Below are positions 38,575 through 48,325 of a stretch of 64,000 nucleotides of DNA, piece after piece (the stretch's first letter is position 1; each line of letters starts with the position of its first letter). A program made the position numbers and the translations under genes. This stretch comes from Thermodesulfobacteriota bacterium (lineage in GTDB: Bacteria > Desulfobacterota > Desulfarculia > JACQYL01): positions 1,216,001 to 1,280,000 of the forward strand of contig CAXXLZ010000001.1 in NCBI GenBank assembly GCA_963675595.2, given 5' to 3'. The notes below the pieces were generated by a model. That model worked only from the letters and a program-made list of their open reading frames with translations. It was not told the DNA's origin and did no database searches.

Positions 38575-39105
38575 TTAGATGATTACGCCGGTGAGCAACA
38601 AAACCAAACCGGAGGACAACAATCCGGTGATAAAGCAGAGATAGGCCCAACGAATGAAGCGATACTTCTTGCGGGCGAGGAACATTCCAAGTCCGTACAC
38701 TTCACGGATTTGGACCTGGTACGCCAGGTTTGGATCGTTGAGAATTTCTTCCATGGACGACTCAAACTCCTGATAGCTCAGCCGTGTGAAGTCTCCGAAA
38801 AACAACGGATTGAAGCTTGGACTATGAGGGTCCGGGACATCGTTCTCTTTCGCCTTTGTCCGAATCTTCGGCATGGTGGAATAGGCTGCGAGAAGGATGG
38901 TGAGGAGGCAGAAAAACATCATCGTAATCGAAGCCCATTTGAGAGTCGGATCAAGCACATATCGCAGGGAAAGAGTGAGCACCACGGAAGACATGGTGAG
39001 AAGCATGTTCGCCTTCATATCCGCCATGGAACTGAGTTGGACATGATGCATGCGAGTCTGCCTCATCATGTGATCGAAATGAGCTCCGGGTTGTTTAATT
39101 TTCAT
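38575..39105 (-). CDS. Pycsar effector-family (DUF5706/PycTM-like) membrane protein
   Basis: LSSMADMKANMLL, 2 TM helices then P, NPLFFGDF, LARKKYRFIRWAY, C-terminal TM; GGAGG RBS. Confidence 0.8.
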   Translation of the reverse strand: MKIKQPGAHFDHMMRQTRMHHVQLSSMADMKANMLLTMSSVVLTLSLRYVLDPTLKWASITMMFFCLLTILLAAYSTMPKIRTKAKENDVPDPHSPSFNPLFFGDFTRLSYQEFESSMEEILNDPNLAYQVQIREVYGLGMFLARKKYRFIRWAYLCFITGLLSSGLVLLLTGVII

Positions 39106-39436
39106 AATATCCTCCCACGTGGAACCGTCGCCGGTTCACGGTATCGTAGCCGTGGCCGCTGCTCCGAATCGCTGATCTTTGATCGGGAACATACCCCCAT
39201 CGGAGTCGCCATCTCAATACCCGGGAGCCGATTTCCATTTGTTGCAGTGTTTGTGTGAGAATTCGGAGATGGAGGATGAGGTTCGTGGTGCTTCCGGGGA
39301 GCAATTCGTGGAAAGGGAGCCGGAGCGCCCGCCCCCAACTTGCCGGCTCGGTTCGTCGCTCGGGCCTCGAACAAACGGTTGGGCGCAGCTTCATTTCTAA
39401 TGGTATTTAGGGAGTATACCAAGTCGGTATGTGAAC

Positions 39437-39466
39437 TTGACTTCCACCCCGAGACAAGCATAGGAT
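39437..39466 (+). promoter_or_regulatory. sigma70-like promoter
   Basis: TTGACT-N18-TAGGAT 60 nt upstream of the PKD gene. Confidence 0.45.
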
Positions 39467-39525
39467 AAACGTTAAGTTATGTTGCCCCGTGCCTTGAACG
39501 GCAGGGTCCAGCCTTGGAGGGAGCC

Positions 39526-41049
39526 ATGAAGAAGGGATTGAGGATTGTTTGGGTGGGTTTGATGCTCGGCATCTTTTTGGTCGCAGGCCATGCCTCGGCT
39601 CAAATGGTGGGTTACCAGGGAATCTGGAAGGAAGAAGGACCTACGCCCGGTCACAACTTCTATATCCAGCATTACCTTCAGGGAACTTCCACGGTGGTCG
39701 TCTATACCCAGGATGCCGAGACGTATTTCGCATTCCTTTCCACCATTTCTTCCAACACGTTCAACACGCCTTCTCTGGACCCAGGACAAGCTCGCAGCAT
39801 TCAGATCGCTTTCAGCTCTCCCATTACCGCCGTGGCCACGATCACGGACAACACTCAGAACCCCCCGGCAAGCACGACCGTAAACATCGTCCGGGTGTTT
39901 CAGGCGGAAGTAACGGATCATTCCGGAATATGGAAGGACGGTACCGGACTGTTTAATATCTACGTGCAGGACTATACCGAGAACTCCACCATTATCATCT
40001 ACACGTTCGATGCGGTTCACTTCGAGGCTTTTCTAAGCACGTTGTCCGGTAATACGTTTTCCGCAATCAATCTCGGAGACGGACAGGAGAATATGACCAC
40101 GGTTTTTTCCACGGCCAACCAGGCCACCGTGAACGTTACTCCCGTCTCAATGCCGTCCATTACACCGTCTGCCAATAACTTTTCCTACGCCATGACAAAG
40201 ACTTTCTATCCCACTCCCGTGCCCGAGGCTTCTTTCTCCGCAGCACCGCGAGCGGGAAACGCGCCTCTGGACGTCTTTTTCGTGGACCAGTCCACCGGAA
40301 CCGTGGAAACGTATTTGTGGAGTTTCGGAGACGGCGGCACCAGCACGTTCAAGAACCCCGATCATTCCTACGCAGCGGCGGGCACCTATGATGTGTCGCT
40401 GACGGTAAGCAACCTCAGCGGCTCGGCATCCTTGACGCAAGCGGGATTTGTCACGGTTGCGGTTGCCGGCACGCCGCCTACCGCGAACTTCAGCGTTGCT
40501 CCCGGTGTGGGGACTGCGCCTTTGTTGGTCAATTTCACCGATCTTTCCACCGGATCTCCCACGTCTTGGAGCTGGAATTTCGGCGATTCCGGGGATCCCA
40601 ATTCGGTGGACAGCACAGCCCAAAATCCGTCCCACACCTACACAAACACGGGGATGTACACCGTCAAGCTTACGGCGACCAATGCGAGCGGCTCCAACAC
40701 CCTGACCTCCGCGGGCGGCGTAAGCGTGGTTTCGGCTCCAAGCGGTACCTTGACGGCGGATTTCAACGCGACCACGGTGACCGTGGGCACCGCTCCACTG
40801 GCGGTGACTTTTCAGGATCAGTCCACCGGCGGCGTCACCTCCTGGGCGTGGAACTTCGGAGATGCGGGAGATCCGAACATCGTGCAAAGTAACTCGGCGA
40901 ATCCCACACATGTGTTCACAGTCGTCGGCACTTATGACGTGAAACTCACCGTGAGCGACGGATCGTCCACCGATTCGAAGTCGCAATCGTCTTATGTCAC
41001 GGTAAACCCGGGCTCCTCCACCGCCACCATGGGGTATCGAGGCTTCTGA
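39526..41049 (+). CDS. Secreted Ser/Thr-rich protein: tandem unknown N-terminal domain + 3x PKD
   Basis: Signal peptide ...HASA; three G.APL.V.F.D.STG...W(S/N)FGD...NP.H...G.Y.V.LT units; GGAGG RBS. Confidence 0.9.
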   Translation: MKKGLRIVWVGLMLGIFLVAGHASAQMVGYQGIWKEEGPTPGHNFYIQHYLQGTSTVVVYTQDAETYFAFLSTISSNTFNTPSLDPGQARSIQIAFSSPITAVATITDNTQNPPASTTVNIVRVFQAEVTDHSGIWKDGTGLFNIYVQDYTENSTIIIYTFDAVHFEAFLSTLSGNTFSAINLGDGQENMTTVFSTANQATVNVTPVSMPSITPSANNFSYAMTKTFYPTPVPEASFSAAPRAGNAPLDVFFVDQSTGTVETYLWSFGDGGTSTFKNPDHSYAAAGTYDVSLTVSNLSGSASLTQAGFVTVAVAGTPPTANFSVAPGVGTAPLLVNFTDLSTGSPTSWSWNFGDSGDPNSVDSTAQNPSHTYTNTGMYTVKLTATNASGSNTLTSAGGVSVVSAPSGTLTADFNATTVTVGTAPLAVTFQDQSTGGVTSWAWNFGDAGDPNIVQSNSANPTHVFTVVGTYDVKLTVSDGSSTDSKSQSSYVTVNPGSSTATMGYRGF

Positions 41050-41058
41050 GTTCTTGGG

Positions 41059-41113
41059 GGCGGACGAACTCGAAGAACATCCGTTCATTCCGAGTTCGTT
41101 CCGCCTTTATTTT
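41059..41113 (+). terminator. Putative intrinsic terminator
   Basis: GGCGGA-CGAACTCG...CGAGTTCG-T-TCCGCC stem followed by TTTATTTT. Confidence 0.6.
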
Positions 41114-41138
41114 CCCCTCTACCCACCGTGCTTCTTCC

Positions 41139-43043
41139 TTGACTCCTTTTCTGCAAGCCGATAGCGTTCCGGATGCCGATACGCGGCCGGCCGGCCCGAT
41201 GGGAAGCGGCGCGCTCTTTTCCGTTTGCATTCTGCTCTTGTCGGCCGCCGCGGTGCGCCTCCTTTTCTTCACCTCTCTCACCGGATCGGACGCAGCGCTC
41301 GCCCTCAGCGCTTTCGGAATGGAAGACGCCTCGCCTGTCACCCGAAGTCCGCTGCCGGCCTGGATTCTGCTCAAGGCCCTCGGTCACCTCTCCCCTTCCC
41401 CCCTTGCCGTTTGGCTTCCCTTTCTATGTCTCTCTCTTATGCAGATTTTCGGAGTCTTCCTCATCGCCTCGCGAATGTTTTCATCACGGTGGATCGGGTG
41501 GGTCTCAGGTCTGTACTGTGCCGCGTTTGCGCCCGATATCTTCTCCTCTACCCATGTGGCGGGAGAGCTCATCGCGGGGAGTCTGGTTACTCTGACCATG
41601 GCGTGCCTTGTGTTCGCCCGTGCGGTCCTTCCGGCAAAATCTCCCAGGCTCCTCTTGGCCTGCACATTGATGCTCGGGATATCATGCATGGCAAGTCCAT
41701 GGGGACTGCTGCTTCTTGCTTGCCCGGGATACGTCCTTTTCATGAAATTCCGCTCGGCAGGGGCGTCCAAGTTGGGATCGGCCGGCTTTGCCCTATCCTG
41801 GATCTGCCTGCCTGCGGCGTTGGCGTTCCTTCTCGCGCATTTGGGTGGAGTGACCCTCCTTCCGATTTCGATGAATTCTTCCAGCCCTTCCTCGTCTCTT
41901 CTTCCTCCTTGGATGTTCTTGTTCGCTCTTTGCATGGCTCTCCCTGCGGTCGCCCCGGGATTCAGACATGCGTGGCCGGTGGTCTGGCTTCTCCTTCCCG
42001 CAGCTCTGGGCACAGGATTGGAACTGCTGATGGGGACCCGATCGCCAGTACGAATGGACTTGTCGCAACTCGCGGCGCTCAGCGCTCCCGCCGCTCTGGT
42101 CGCCGGGATAGGCTCGTTCAGGATTAAAGAAACGGCACGGCGAGGAAAGACTCTGCTCGGAACGGGCATGGTGGTCGTTTTGGTGTTTGCCTGCGCAGCC
42201 GATTGGGGGACTTTGGGAAAGCGGCAGACGGACGACGGAGCGGGCACCCTCTTCGCGGCCGATATTGCCGCCTTTCTTTCGCGGCGTGCGGAACCATATC
42301 CGGTGTGGGTTGAGTCGGCCCTGCGAAGCTCCTTGGCGCTCCAGCTCGGATCCGATTTCGCGAGAGTGCGTTCCCCCATTCCTGAAACCCGGCTAAAAAA
42401 CATTGAGGGTTTCGTGGTTTATTCCGGAAGCACCGACGATCGAGAGCTGATGGTCCTGCCAGGGAACATCCGGGAGGCTCCCGGCACGCTCGTCGCGGCG
42501 TACAGGAGCGATCGTGCGTATGCTTCGGTGATGTTGGCAAAGGAAGGGCTTCGAAAAAGCACGCCCACCTTTGCCGAAACCAAGTCTTCTTCGGTGAGGT
42601 TGGCCGAGACGATCATCGGAGCGGGGCGGCCCGAGTACGTTTGCTATCTCCAGCCCGTACTGTTCCGTCGCTGCCGCCTTCGAAACTTCTTCGATTCCGG
42701 AACGGGCGGCGAAGGGCTGCGGCTGGGGGGGAACGATTTTTCGTATGGTCTGAAAATGCGTTCCAACACATCGGTCACCTACCGGATCGCCGGGAAGTAC
42801 AAGGGATTTGAAGCATGGGTCGGACTTGACGACGACGAGACGCGTACAACAAAAATCGTCTACTTCACCGTGCACGGCGACCGGACGTTGCTGGCCGGAA
42901 GTCCATGGTTGCGGGGCGGCGATCCCCCATGGAAATTATGGGCGGATCTGGCCGGCGTGCATGAGCTCAGGCTGACCGTGGTGAACCGCGGAGACGTGTT
43001 CCAGACATCCCACGCAAGTTGGGGCAACGCTTTGGTCTACTGA
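41139..43043 (+). CDS. GT-C-like (ArnT/PMT) membrane protein fused to C-terminal NPCBM/NEW2 domain
   Basis: Many TM helices; C-terminal FSYGLKMRSNTSVTY...FEAWVGLDD...YFTVHGD...LRLTV...HASWGNA. Confidence 0.72.
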   Translation: MTPFLQADSVPDADTRPAGPMGSGALFSVCILLLSAAAVRLLFFTSLTGSDAALALSAFGMEDASPVTRSPLPAWILLKALGHLSPSPLAVWLPFLCLSLMQIFGVFLIASRMFSSRWIGWVSGLYCAAFAPDIFSSTHVAGELIAGSLVTLTMACLVFARAVLPAKSPRLLLACTLMLGISCMASPWGLLLLACPGYVLFMKFRSAGASKLGSAGFALSWICLPAALAFLLAHLGGVTLLPISMNSSSPSSSLLPPWMFLFALCMALPAVAPGFRHAWPVVWLLLPAALGTGLELLMGTRSPVRMDLSQLAALSAPAALVAGIGSFRIKETARRGKTLLGTGMVVVLVFACAADWGTLGKRQTDDGAGTLFAADIAAFLSRRAEPYPVWVESALRSSLALQLGSDFARVRSPIPETRLKNIEGFVVYSGSTDDRELMVLPGNIREAPGTLVAAYRSDRAYASVMLAKEGLRKSTPTFAETKSSSVRLAETIIGAGRPEYVCYLQPVLFRRCRLRNFFDSGTGGEGLRLGGNDFSYGLKMRSNTSVTYRIAGKYKGFEAWVGLDDDETRTTKIVYFTVHGDRTLLAGSPWLRGGDPPWKLWADLAGVHELRLTVVNRGDVFQTSHASWGNALVY

Positions 43044-44575
43044 CTCGGAGTCGCGCCTTGCGACCCGGAGCCGCCGGTCTCTCCCGCGGGGGAGATATTC
43101 GTGGGGGGAGAATCGAGAGGAAGAAACGGGAACGCTTTGTGATGGCCGAGTTGGTGCTCTATTCTGCCAAGGAGGGCCTCCGGATCGCCGATGATTCGTT
43201 TTTCTTGTCCACTGATCCGGACCGTATTCAACCGGTCTCCGCCCGGTAGCCGGAGACAGAATTCCGGATCGCCGAAAAGCGCTCTTCCATCCACCATAAG
43301 CAGCGCGATGTCTTGAGGCGACGTGTTCATCAGGTCCAGGTAAGGATCGCAGGTCTTTTTTTTCAGCAGCAGCACATCGGCCGGACAGTTCGGGTTGAGT
43401 CCTCCGATAACGCCCCCCATTCTCAGGACGGTGGCCGCATCAATCGTAACCATTCGGAAGATACGCTCCGGCTCGAGTTCAGGAAACGTTTTGGCGGCCA
43501 TTCGCATTTCTTCGAAAAGGCTGGTTCCCCCCGTCAATGCTCCATCCGTGGCCAAGGCCACCGTGACACCCAAGTCGAGTACCATGGGGATTCGGGGAGT
43601 TGAACCGTATAAGTGAAGATTGGAGGAAGGACACCATACCAATGACGCGCCGCGTTGGGCCGCAAGCTTCCAACCGTCGGTTGTGAATCCCAAAGCGTGC
43701 ACCAACACCGTATTACTCCGGAGGACTCCCGCCTGATCCAAGGCGTTCAGTTCCCGGGCCATGCGTGCGGTCTTTCCTTCGCCCACGTGAATGAAGTAGG
43801 GCTGGAGGCCTTTGGTTCTGTCAAAGTCCGAAGCGAGGAACTGCTTGTCGACGAAAACCGAATGGCTATGGCTGAACATATCGAGCATTCGAACCGGGTA
43901 GCCGTATAGATAAAGCTTCTTTCGATTCTCGATGAATACTTCAACGGTGCCCACGCCGCTCAACACTTGCTTGTAGAACGTAAGAGCCAATCGATCTTTA
44001 AGGTTGATCTCCGAGCTTTCCTTTTCCGAGGGATCGGCCTCCTTCCATCGCGCCTTCATCCATTGAATATAATCGCCGTACTCGCGCCGCGTTACGCGTG
44101 GATACCAGTTGTAGAAAGGGTGGTCATGGGCGTTGATGAGCGCCGGGTAAATGCGGTAGCCTGAACAGGGAATCACGGAAACCGAGGAGGATTGTTCGCC
44201 GGTGTCCGGAAGAGCGGTCCGGATGCGGGTTCCTGAGATGAACAGATCGGTCCTTCTCACTCCTTTTTCGGGGTAGACCAGTTCCGCGCCCTCAAAAACG
44301 ATTTTTCCCCGCTGCATCTCCTCTTTGCGGTAACCGTCATTGAAGTAATACATATGCCGAAACCGGCCTCGGCTTGCCGATTTCGCAGCACGGGAATCCG
44401 TTTCGGGCTTTTCCCATGACCGGGCGAAATCGTGCGGACCCGGAAACGGGAGGAGACAACATAGAAACAGGAAAAAAACGAGTCGCAACCTACGGTTGCG
44501 GCGAGGGTGCATCGCTGGAGGAAATGGTGGAATCCGCTTCGGCTTGAACAAGTTCAGCGCATGGAAAATCTTCAT
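43037..44575 (-). CDS. Metal-dependent amidohydrolase/deaminase with N-terminal hydrophobic extension
   Basis: PALINAHDH, IHVGEG, VLVHA, WCPSSN, ALATD, ADVLL; start uncertain. Confidence 0.85.
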   Translation of the reverse strand: MKIFHALNLFKPKRIPPFPPAMHPRRNRRLRLVFFLFLCCLLPFPGPHDFARSWEKPETDSRAAKSASRGRFRHMYYFNDGYRKEEMQRGKIVFEGAELVYPEKGVRRTDLFISGTRIRTALPDTGEQSSSVSVIPCSGYRIYPALINAHDHPFYNWYPRVTRREYGDYIQWMKARWKEADPSEKESSEINLKDRLALTFYKQVLSGVGTVEVFIENRKKLYLYGYPVRMLDMFSHSHSVFVDKQFLASDFDRTKGLQPYFIHVGEGKTARMARELNALDQAGVLRSNTVLVHALGFTTDGWKLAAQRGASLVWCPSSNLHLYGSTPRIPMVLDLGVTVALATDGALTGGTSLFEEMRMAAKTFPELEPERIFRMVTIDAATVLRMGGVIGGLNPNCPADVLLLKKKTCDPYLDLMNTSPQDIALLMVDGRALFGDPEFCLRLPGGDRLNTVRISGQEKRIIGDPEALLGRIEHQLGHHKAFPFLPLDSPPTNISPAGETGGSGSQGATPSQ

Positions 44576-44626
44576 GCCGTATCCCTTGACCGCTGTCGGG
44601 CGGCGTCGTTATCATTGCGCCGGTCA

Positions 44627-44740
44627 ATGAAAAGGCTTGTCATGGCATGGGGGCCGGGCCCGCTCGACGCCCTGCGCCTTGCGTCTCGCCGTTTTTCACC
44701 GGCCTGCAGTAGATCCACTTTTTCAACGAGCCTTTTTCAT
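44627..44740. repeat. Possible degenerate third copy of the MITE-like repeat
   Basis: GCGCCTTGCGTCTCGCCGTTTTTCACC resembles the 3' end of copy 2; flanks ATGAAAAGGCTTG / CGAGCCTTTTTCAT. Confidence 0.4.
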
Positions 44741-44832
44741 CAGTCCCTGGGCGACTCCGCTTCAAAAGGTCCGCTCATTCATTTGCCCAACGGCCGTTCC
44801 GGAGAATGTCCGGCCCAAAGAGAGTTGGTTGT

Positions 44833-45555
44833 ATGCCTTTTCCGACCAAGGAGTTCGCTGCTTGGAAGAATTCCTTCCTGCAGCGCAAGTCCTTCTGCAC
44901 CATGGACCGTCGTCCGTTTTATGCCGTGGCCGGACGGTATCTGCCTCGCGACTCGGAGGCTACCGTAATCGATATCGGTTCCGGAACGGGCGGTTTTGCC
45001 GAATACCTCGATCTGAAGACTAGGTTTCGACACCTCCACTTGTTGGACGGCAATCCCGTAACCGTGGAACGGCTAAAATCCGGATTTCCCAACGTCCACC
45101 ATTATGAGGCCCCTGGCCGATTACCTTTCGAGACCTCGTCGGTGGATTACATTCACTGCAGCCACCTTATTGAACACCTTGACTCCGATCAATGTTACAG
45201 GTTTCTGCAGGAATCGGACCGCGTTCTGGGCGTCGGCGGCATATTGGCCGTCAGTGCGCCCATGCTCTGGCAGAAATTCTATGACGATTTGAGTCATGTA
45301 CGACCTTATAACCCGGAAATGTTACAGAACTATCTCGTAAGAGATCCGGGGCAACGGTCCGGAGCCCCCATTTCTGACCGTTACCGGATTCTAGAGCTTG
45401 TGTACCGCTACCGTGCGCACGGAGTGGACACGGGCTGGGGGTCCAGTCTCCTCCCTTTGGATTTTCTTATCAAGGCATTGGCTTATTGCCTCCACCTCAT
45501 ACGAATTCATCGGTGCGAGAAGAACGGTTACACTCTGGTTTTAAAGAAGTCGTGA
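44833..45555 (+). CDS. Class I SAM-dependent methyltransferase
   Basis: VIDIGSGTG, LPFETSSVDYIHCSHLIEHL, FYDDLSHVRPY. Confidence 0.9.
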   Translation: MPFPTKEFAAWKNSFLQRKSFCTMDRRPFYAVAGRYLPRDSEATVIDIGSGTGGFAEYLDLKTRFRHLHLLDGNPVTVERLKSGFPNVHHYEAPGRLPFETSSVDYIHCSHLIEHLDSDQCYRFLQESDRVLGVGGILAVSAPMLWQKFYDDLSHVRPYNPEMLQNYLVRDPGQRSGAPISDRYRILELVYRYRAHGVDTGWGSSLLPLDFLIKALAYCLHLIRIHRCEKNGYTLVLKKS

Positions 45556-45646
45556 CTTTCCTTCCTGATCGGCAAGTCCACGCACGCTTCGGCTCCGCAA
45601 GCGACGGCCCCCGAGTTACCGGGAGCCGTTATCTTCATTGAATTCA

Positions 45647-46768
45647 TCATTCGCCGTCCGCAGGCCGTTTCGGTGCCGCTTCACCGCCGTGGGCCCTTCC
45701 CGAGAGCGGCTCTGAAAGCGGCCGTCTCCTCAAGAGCGCGGGAACGGCGCGTCGTTTCCCGGACATGACTTGTACCAGATACTCCGCGAAAAGCCCCCCG
45801 GAGAGACAAAAAGGGACCATGAGGATCAGAGGATAATGGGACCATTTGGTGGGCCAAACCAGGAGAAAGCCCGTGGCGAGGGCGAGCCAAACTGCATAGA
45901 TTCTCTCGCGCTTCCAGAGCAGACCTAAGCCGCAAAGCCCGCAAACAAAGATCAAAATGTCCAGATTCACCAAGCGCGGCGGCTCCAACACGAGGCGCTT
46001 CAAATCGAACAGATAAACCAACGGCTGATACCATGGGAAAAAGGTTCCGGCCACGTAATCGCTTTTTCCGTAGTCATAATGAAAGAGAAAAGAACCGGCG
46101 ACTTCCGGGGCGCTTCTGGCCCACCACACCGGATTCAGCAGAAGAAAGGCCGTCAGAAACACAACGGCGAAACGGAAGGAAGCACGCGCACGGTCTTCCG
46201 AATTCCGGAGGACGAACCATCCCAGTGCAACGATCGTCATGACAAAGGCGTACTTGGACGCCAAGGCGGCAGCGGCGGCCAAGGCCGAGGCGTAAAGCCA
46301 GGGAGAAAGGCGCCGCCCGCTCTTCTGGTAACACCAAACGGCCAAAAAGGAGAAGAGCATGGGAATCGAATCCAGGTACGCCAGTCCGTTGAACTTCACC
46401 GGGATGTTGTGAAGCGCCAGAGCAAGGCCGGCGAAAGGATTCATCCAGGCAAGGAGCGTAACGCAGGCCGTACCGAACGCAACGCTGAGCAACCGGATTA
46501 CGATTCGGCTTCTTTCCGGATCATCCGTCGAGCCGGTCAGAAGGACCGAGGCGGCGAAGAGGTATTTGGCCAACACGGGATGCATGTAGTTTTGGCGGGC
46601 GGTAAAAAGCCTTTCGTAGGCGCCCTCGTCAATCCAGCGGGCATAGTTGTCCGCGACCCGGATATAGACGTGTTCATCGAAAGTCCATGGGTTGTACAGC
46701 GCGGTCCGTAGTCTCAAGGAAAGTGCGGTGAGGGTGATCAGCAACACGATCAGAAACCGTTTGGACAT
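45647..46768 (-). CDS. GT-C fold glycosyltransferase (GT39/GT83-like)
   Basis: TFDEHVY after TM1, HPVLAKYLF, YLD, ALASKY, multiple TMs. Confidence 0.8.
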   Translation of the reverse strand: MSKRFLIVLLITLTALSLRLRTALYNPWTFDEHVYIRVADNYARWIDEGAYERLFTARQNYMHPVLAKYLFAASVLLTGSTDDPERSRIVIRLLSVAFGTACVTLLAWMNPFAGLALALHNIPVKFNGLAYLDSIPMLFSFLAVWCYQKSGRRLSPWLYASALAAAAALASKYAFVMTIVALGWFVLRNSEDRARASFRFAVVFLTAFLLLNPVWWARSAPEVAGSFLFHYDYGKSDYVAGTFFPWYQPLVYLFDLKRLVLEPPRLVNLDILIFVCGLCGLGLLWKRERIYAVWLALATGFLLVWPTKWSHYPLILMVPFCLSGGLFAEYLVQVMSGKRRAVPALLRRRPLSEPLSGRAHGGEAAPKRPADGE

Positions 46769-46990
46769 GAGCCGGATTTCCTCCTACTGCATGTGAAACC
46801 AACTGGATGGGATTGGGGAATCCCGAACTCGGCGTCCGCCGCCCGCCCTACAAGAAACGGCACCGTCAAGCGTCCGGCCGGCAGGGTTGCGCTTCCCGAC
46901 ATCCTGAAATCGGCCGTTGAATTCAAAAAGACGATGGGGCATGTCGTCGTGATCGTTGCTTTCCCGATCCGAGCGTGCTATCTGCTCCGC

Positions 46991-48325
46991 ATGAAGCGCC
47001 TGCTGATGATCTCTTACTGCGGGCCCCCCAATGCCGCAGTGCCCGGCAAACGGATGGCGTGGTTCGCCCGTCATCTGCAAACCTACCAATGGAAACCGGT
47101 CCTGCTGTCGGCACATCCCCGGTATGGGGAAATCAGTGACCCATTTCTTGCGGAGCAGTTTCCTTCGGGCGCCGCCCTGCACCACACCCGCTCTTTCGAA
47201 CCTTTTCGAACCTGCCGACTCGACACGGTCTCCGGGCTTCCGGATTATTCCATGAACGGCATGAAGTGCTTGGGATCACTGGCTTTGCGTCGTTTACTCT
47301 CGAGTTGTTACCCCATCCGTGAACCCCAGTGGGGTTGGAACCGGTTCGCGCTTCGCAGAGCTCGACAACTGCATCGACGAACACCCTTTTCCGCGATGCT
47401 TGTTTCGGTCCCTCCCTTTTCTTCCTCACAAATCGGTCCCATACTCAAGAGAGAGCTGGGGCTCCCCTACGTCCTGGATTATCGCGATCCCTGGCATCAG
47501 ATGAGCAACGGAAAAATTACGGGGTTCGTGCAGGCGCCTTGGAAATCCATCAGGCTTCGCATGCATGTTCACCTGGAGAATGCCGCCATCAAAGAAGCCG
47601 ACGGTATTATAGCCGCTTCTCCGGCCATTGCCGAGCAGTTCCTCGAACGACTGCCCTCAGACTTTCATGACAGGATTACCACCATCACCAACTCCTTCGA
47701 TCCGGAGATCATAGACGGAATCCGTCCCAAAAAGGAGACTTGCCTTACCATCATCCATGGAGGGTCCCTCCATGGTCCGAGGATCGAATGCATGTTGCTT
47801 CTGCATGCGCTGGGAGAACTCATTGAGGAAGGAAAGACCTCTCCGGATCTGTTTCAGGTGCTTCTGTTCCCCGGTACCTTGCCCGATCTCCAAAAAGGCC
47901 GGGCACTTCGCGGCTTGTTCCGTCGATTTCCGAGACTGGAAGGAAGAGTCCGCATGATGCCCTACTTCGGATACGAGCGTTACCTCGAGTATCTGAAGGG
48001 CGCCGATTTACTCGTATTGGCGTCCGGCGTCATGATGCAAATGATCTTGGCGAAGTTCTTCGACTACCTGGGTGTGAACAAACCCGTTCTGGCCCTTGCG
48101 GCGCCCGGAAGCGCCATGGAGAGGATTATGGATGAAACCGGGGCGGGTTGGGTGATCTCCCCCGGCCGAACGGATCTTCTCAAATCCGCGCTTCTACGAT
48201 GTCTGAACGGTGAATCCCCGATACGGCCTTCGGAGTCGGACGCACGCTTAGCCTATACCGCCTCCGTGACCACGAAGAAACTTGCCGCGTTCCTCGACCG
48301 TGTCACCGTGGGAAACCGACGGTGA
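46991..48325 (+). CDS. GT4-like glycosyltransferase
   Basis: MKRLLMISY..PP, PPFSS, VLDYRDPW, ITNSFD, KFFDYL; start ATG 46991. Confidence 0.85.
   Translation: MKRLLMISYCGPPNAAVPGKRMAWFARHLQTYQWKPVLLSAHPRYGEISDPFLAEQFPSGAALHHTRSFEPFRTCRLDTVSGLPDYSMNGMKCLGSLALRRLLSSCYPIREPQWGWNRFALRRARQLHRRTPFSAMLVSVPPFSSSQIGPILKRELGLPYVLDYRDPWHQMSNGKITGFVQAPWKSIRLRMHVHLENAAIKEADGIIAASPAIAEQFLERLPSDFHDRITTITNSFDPEIIDGIRPKKETCLTIIHGGSLHGPRIECMLLLHALGELIEEGKTSPDLFQVLLFPGTLPDLQKGRALRGLFRRFPRLEGRVRMMPYFGYERYLEYLKGADLLVLASGVMMQMILAKFFDYLGVNKPVLALAAPGSAMERIMDETGAGWVISPGRTDLLKSALLRCLNGESPIRPSESDARLAYTASVTTKKLAAFLDRVTVGNRR

Noticed and set aside
38377-38575. Cobalamin riboswitch expected upstream of cbiB-cobD
   Set aside because: No B12-box or conserved core elements found on the minus strand
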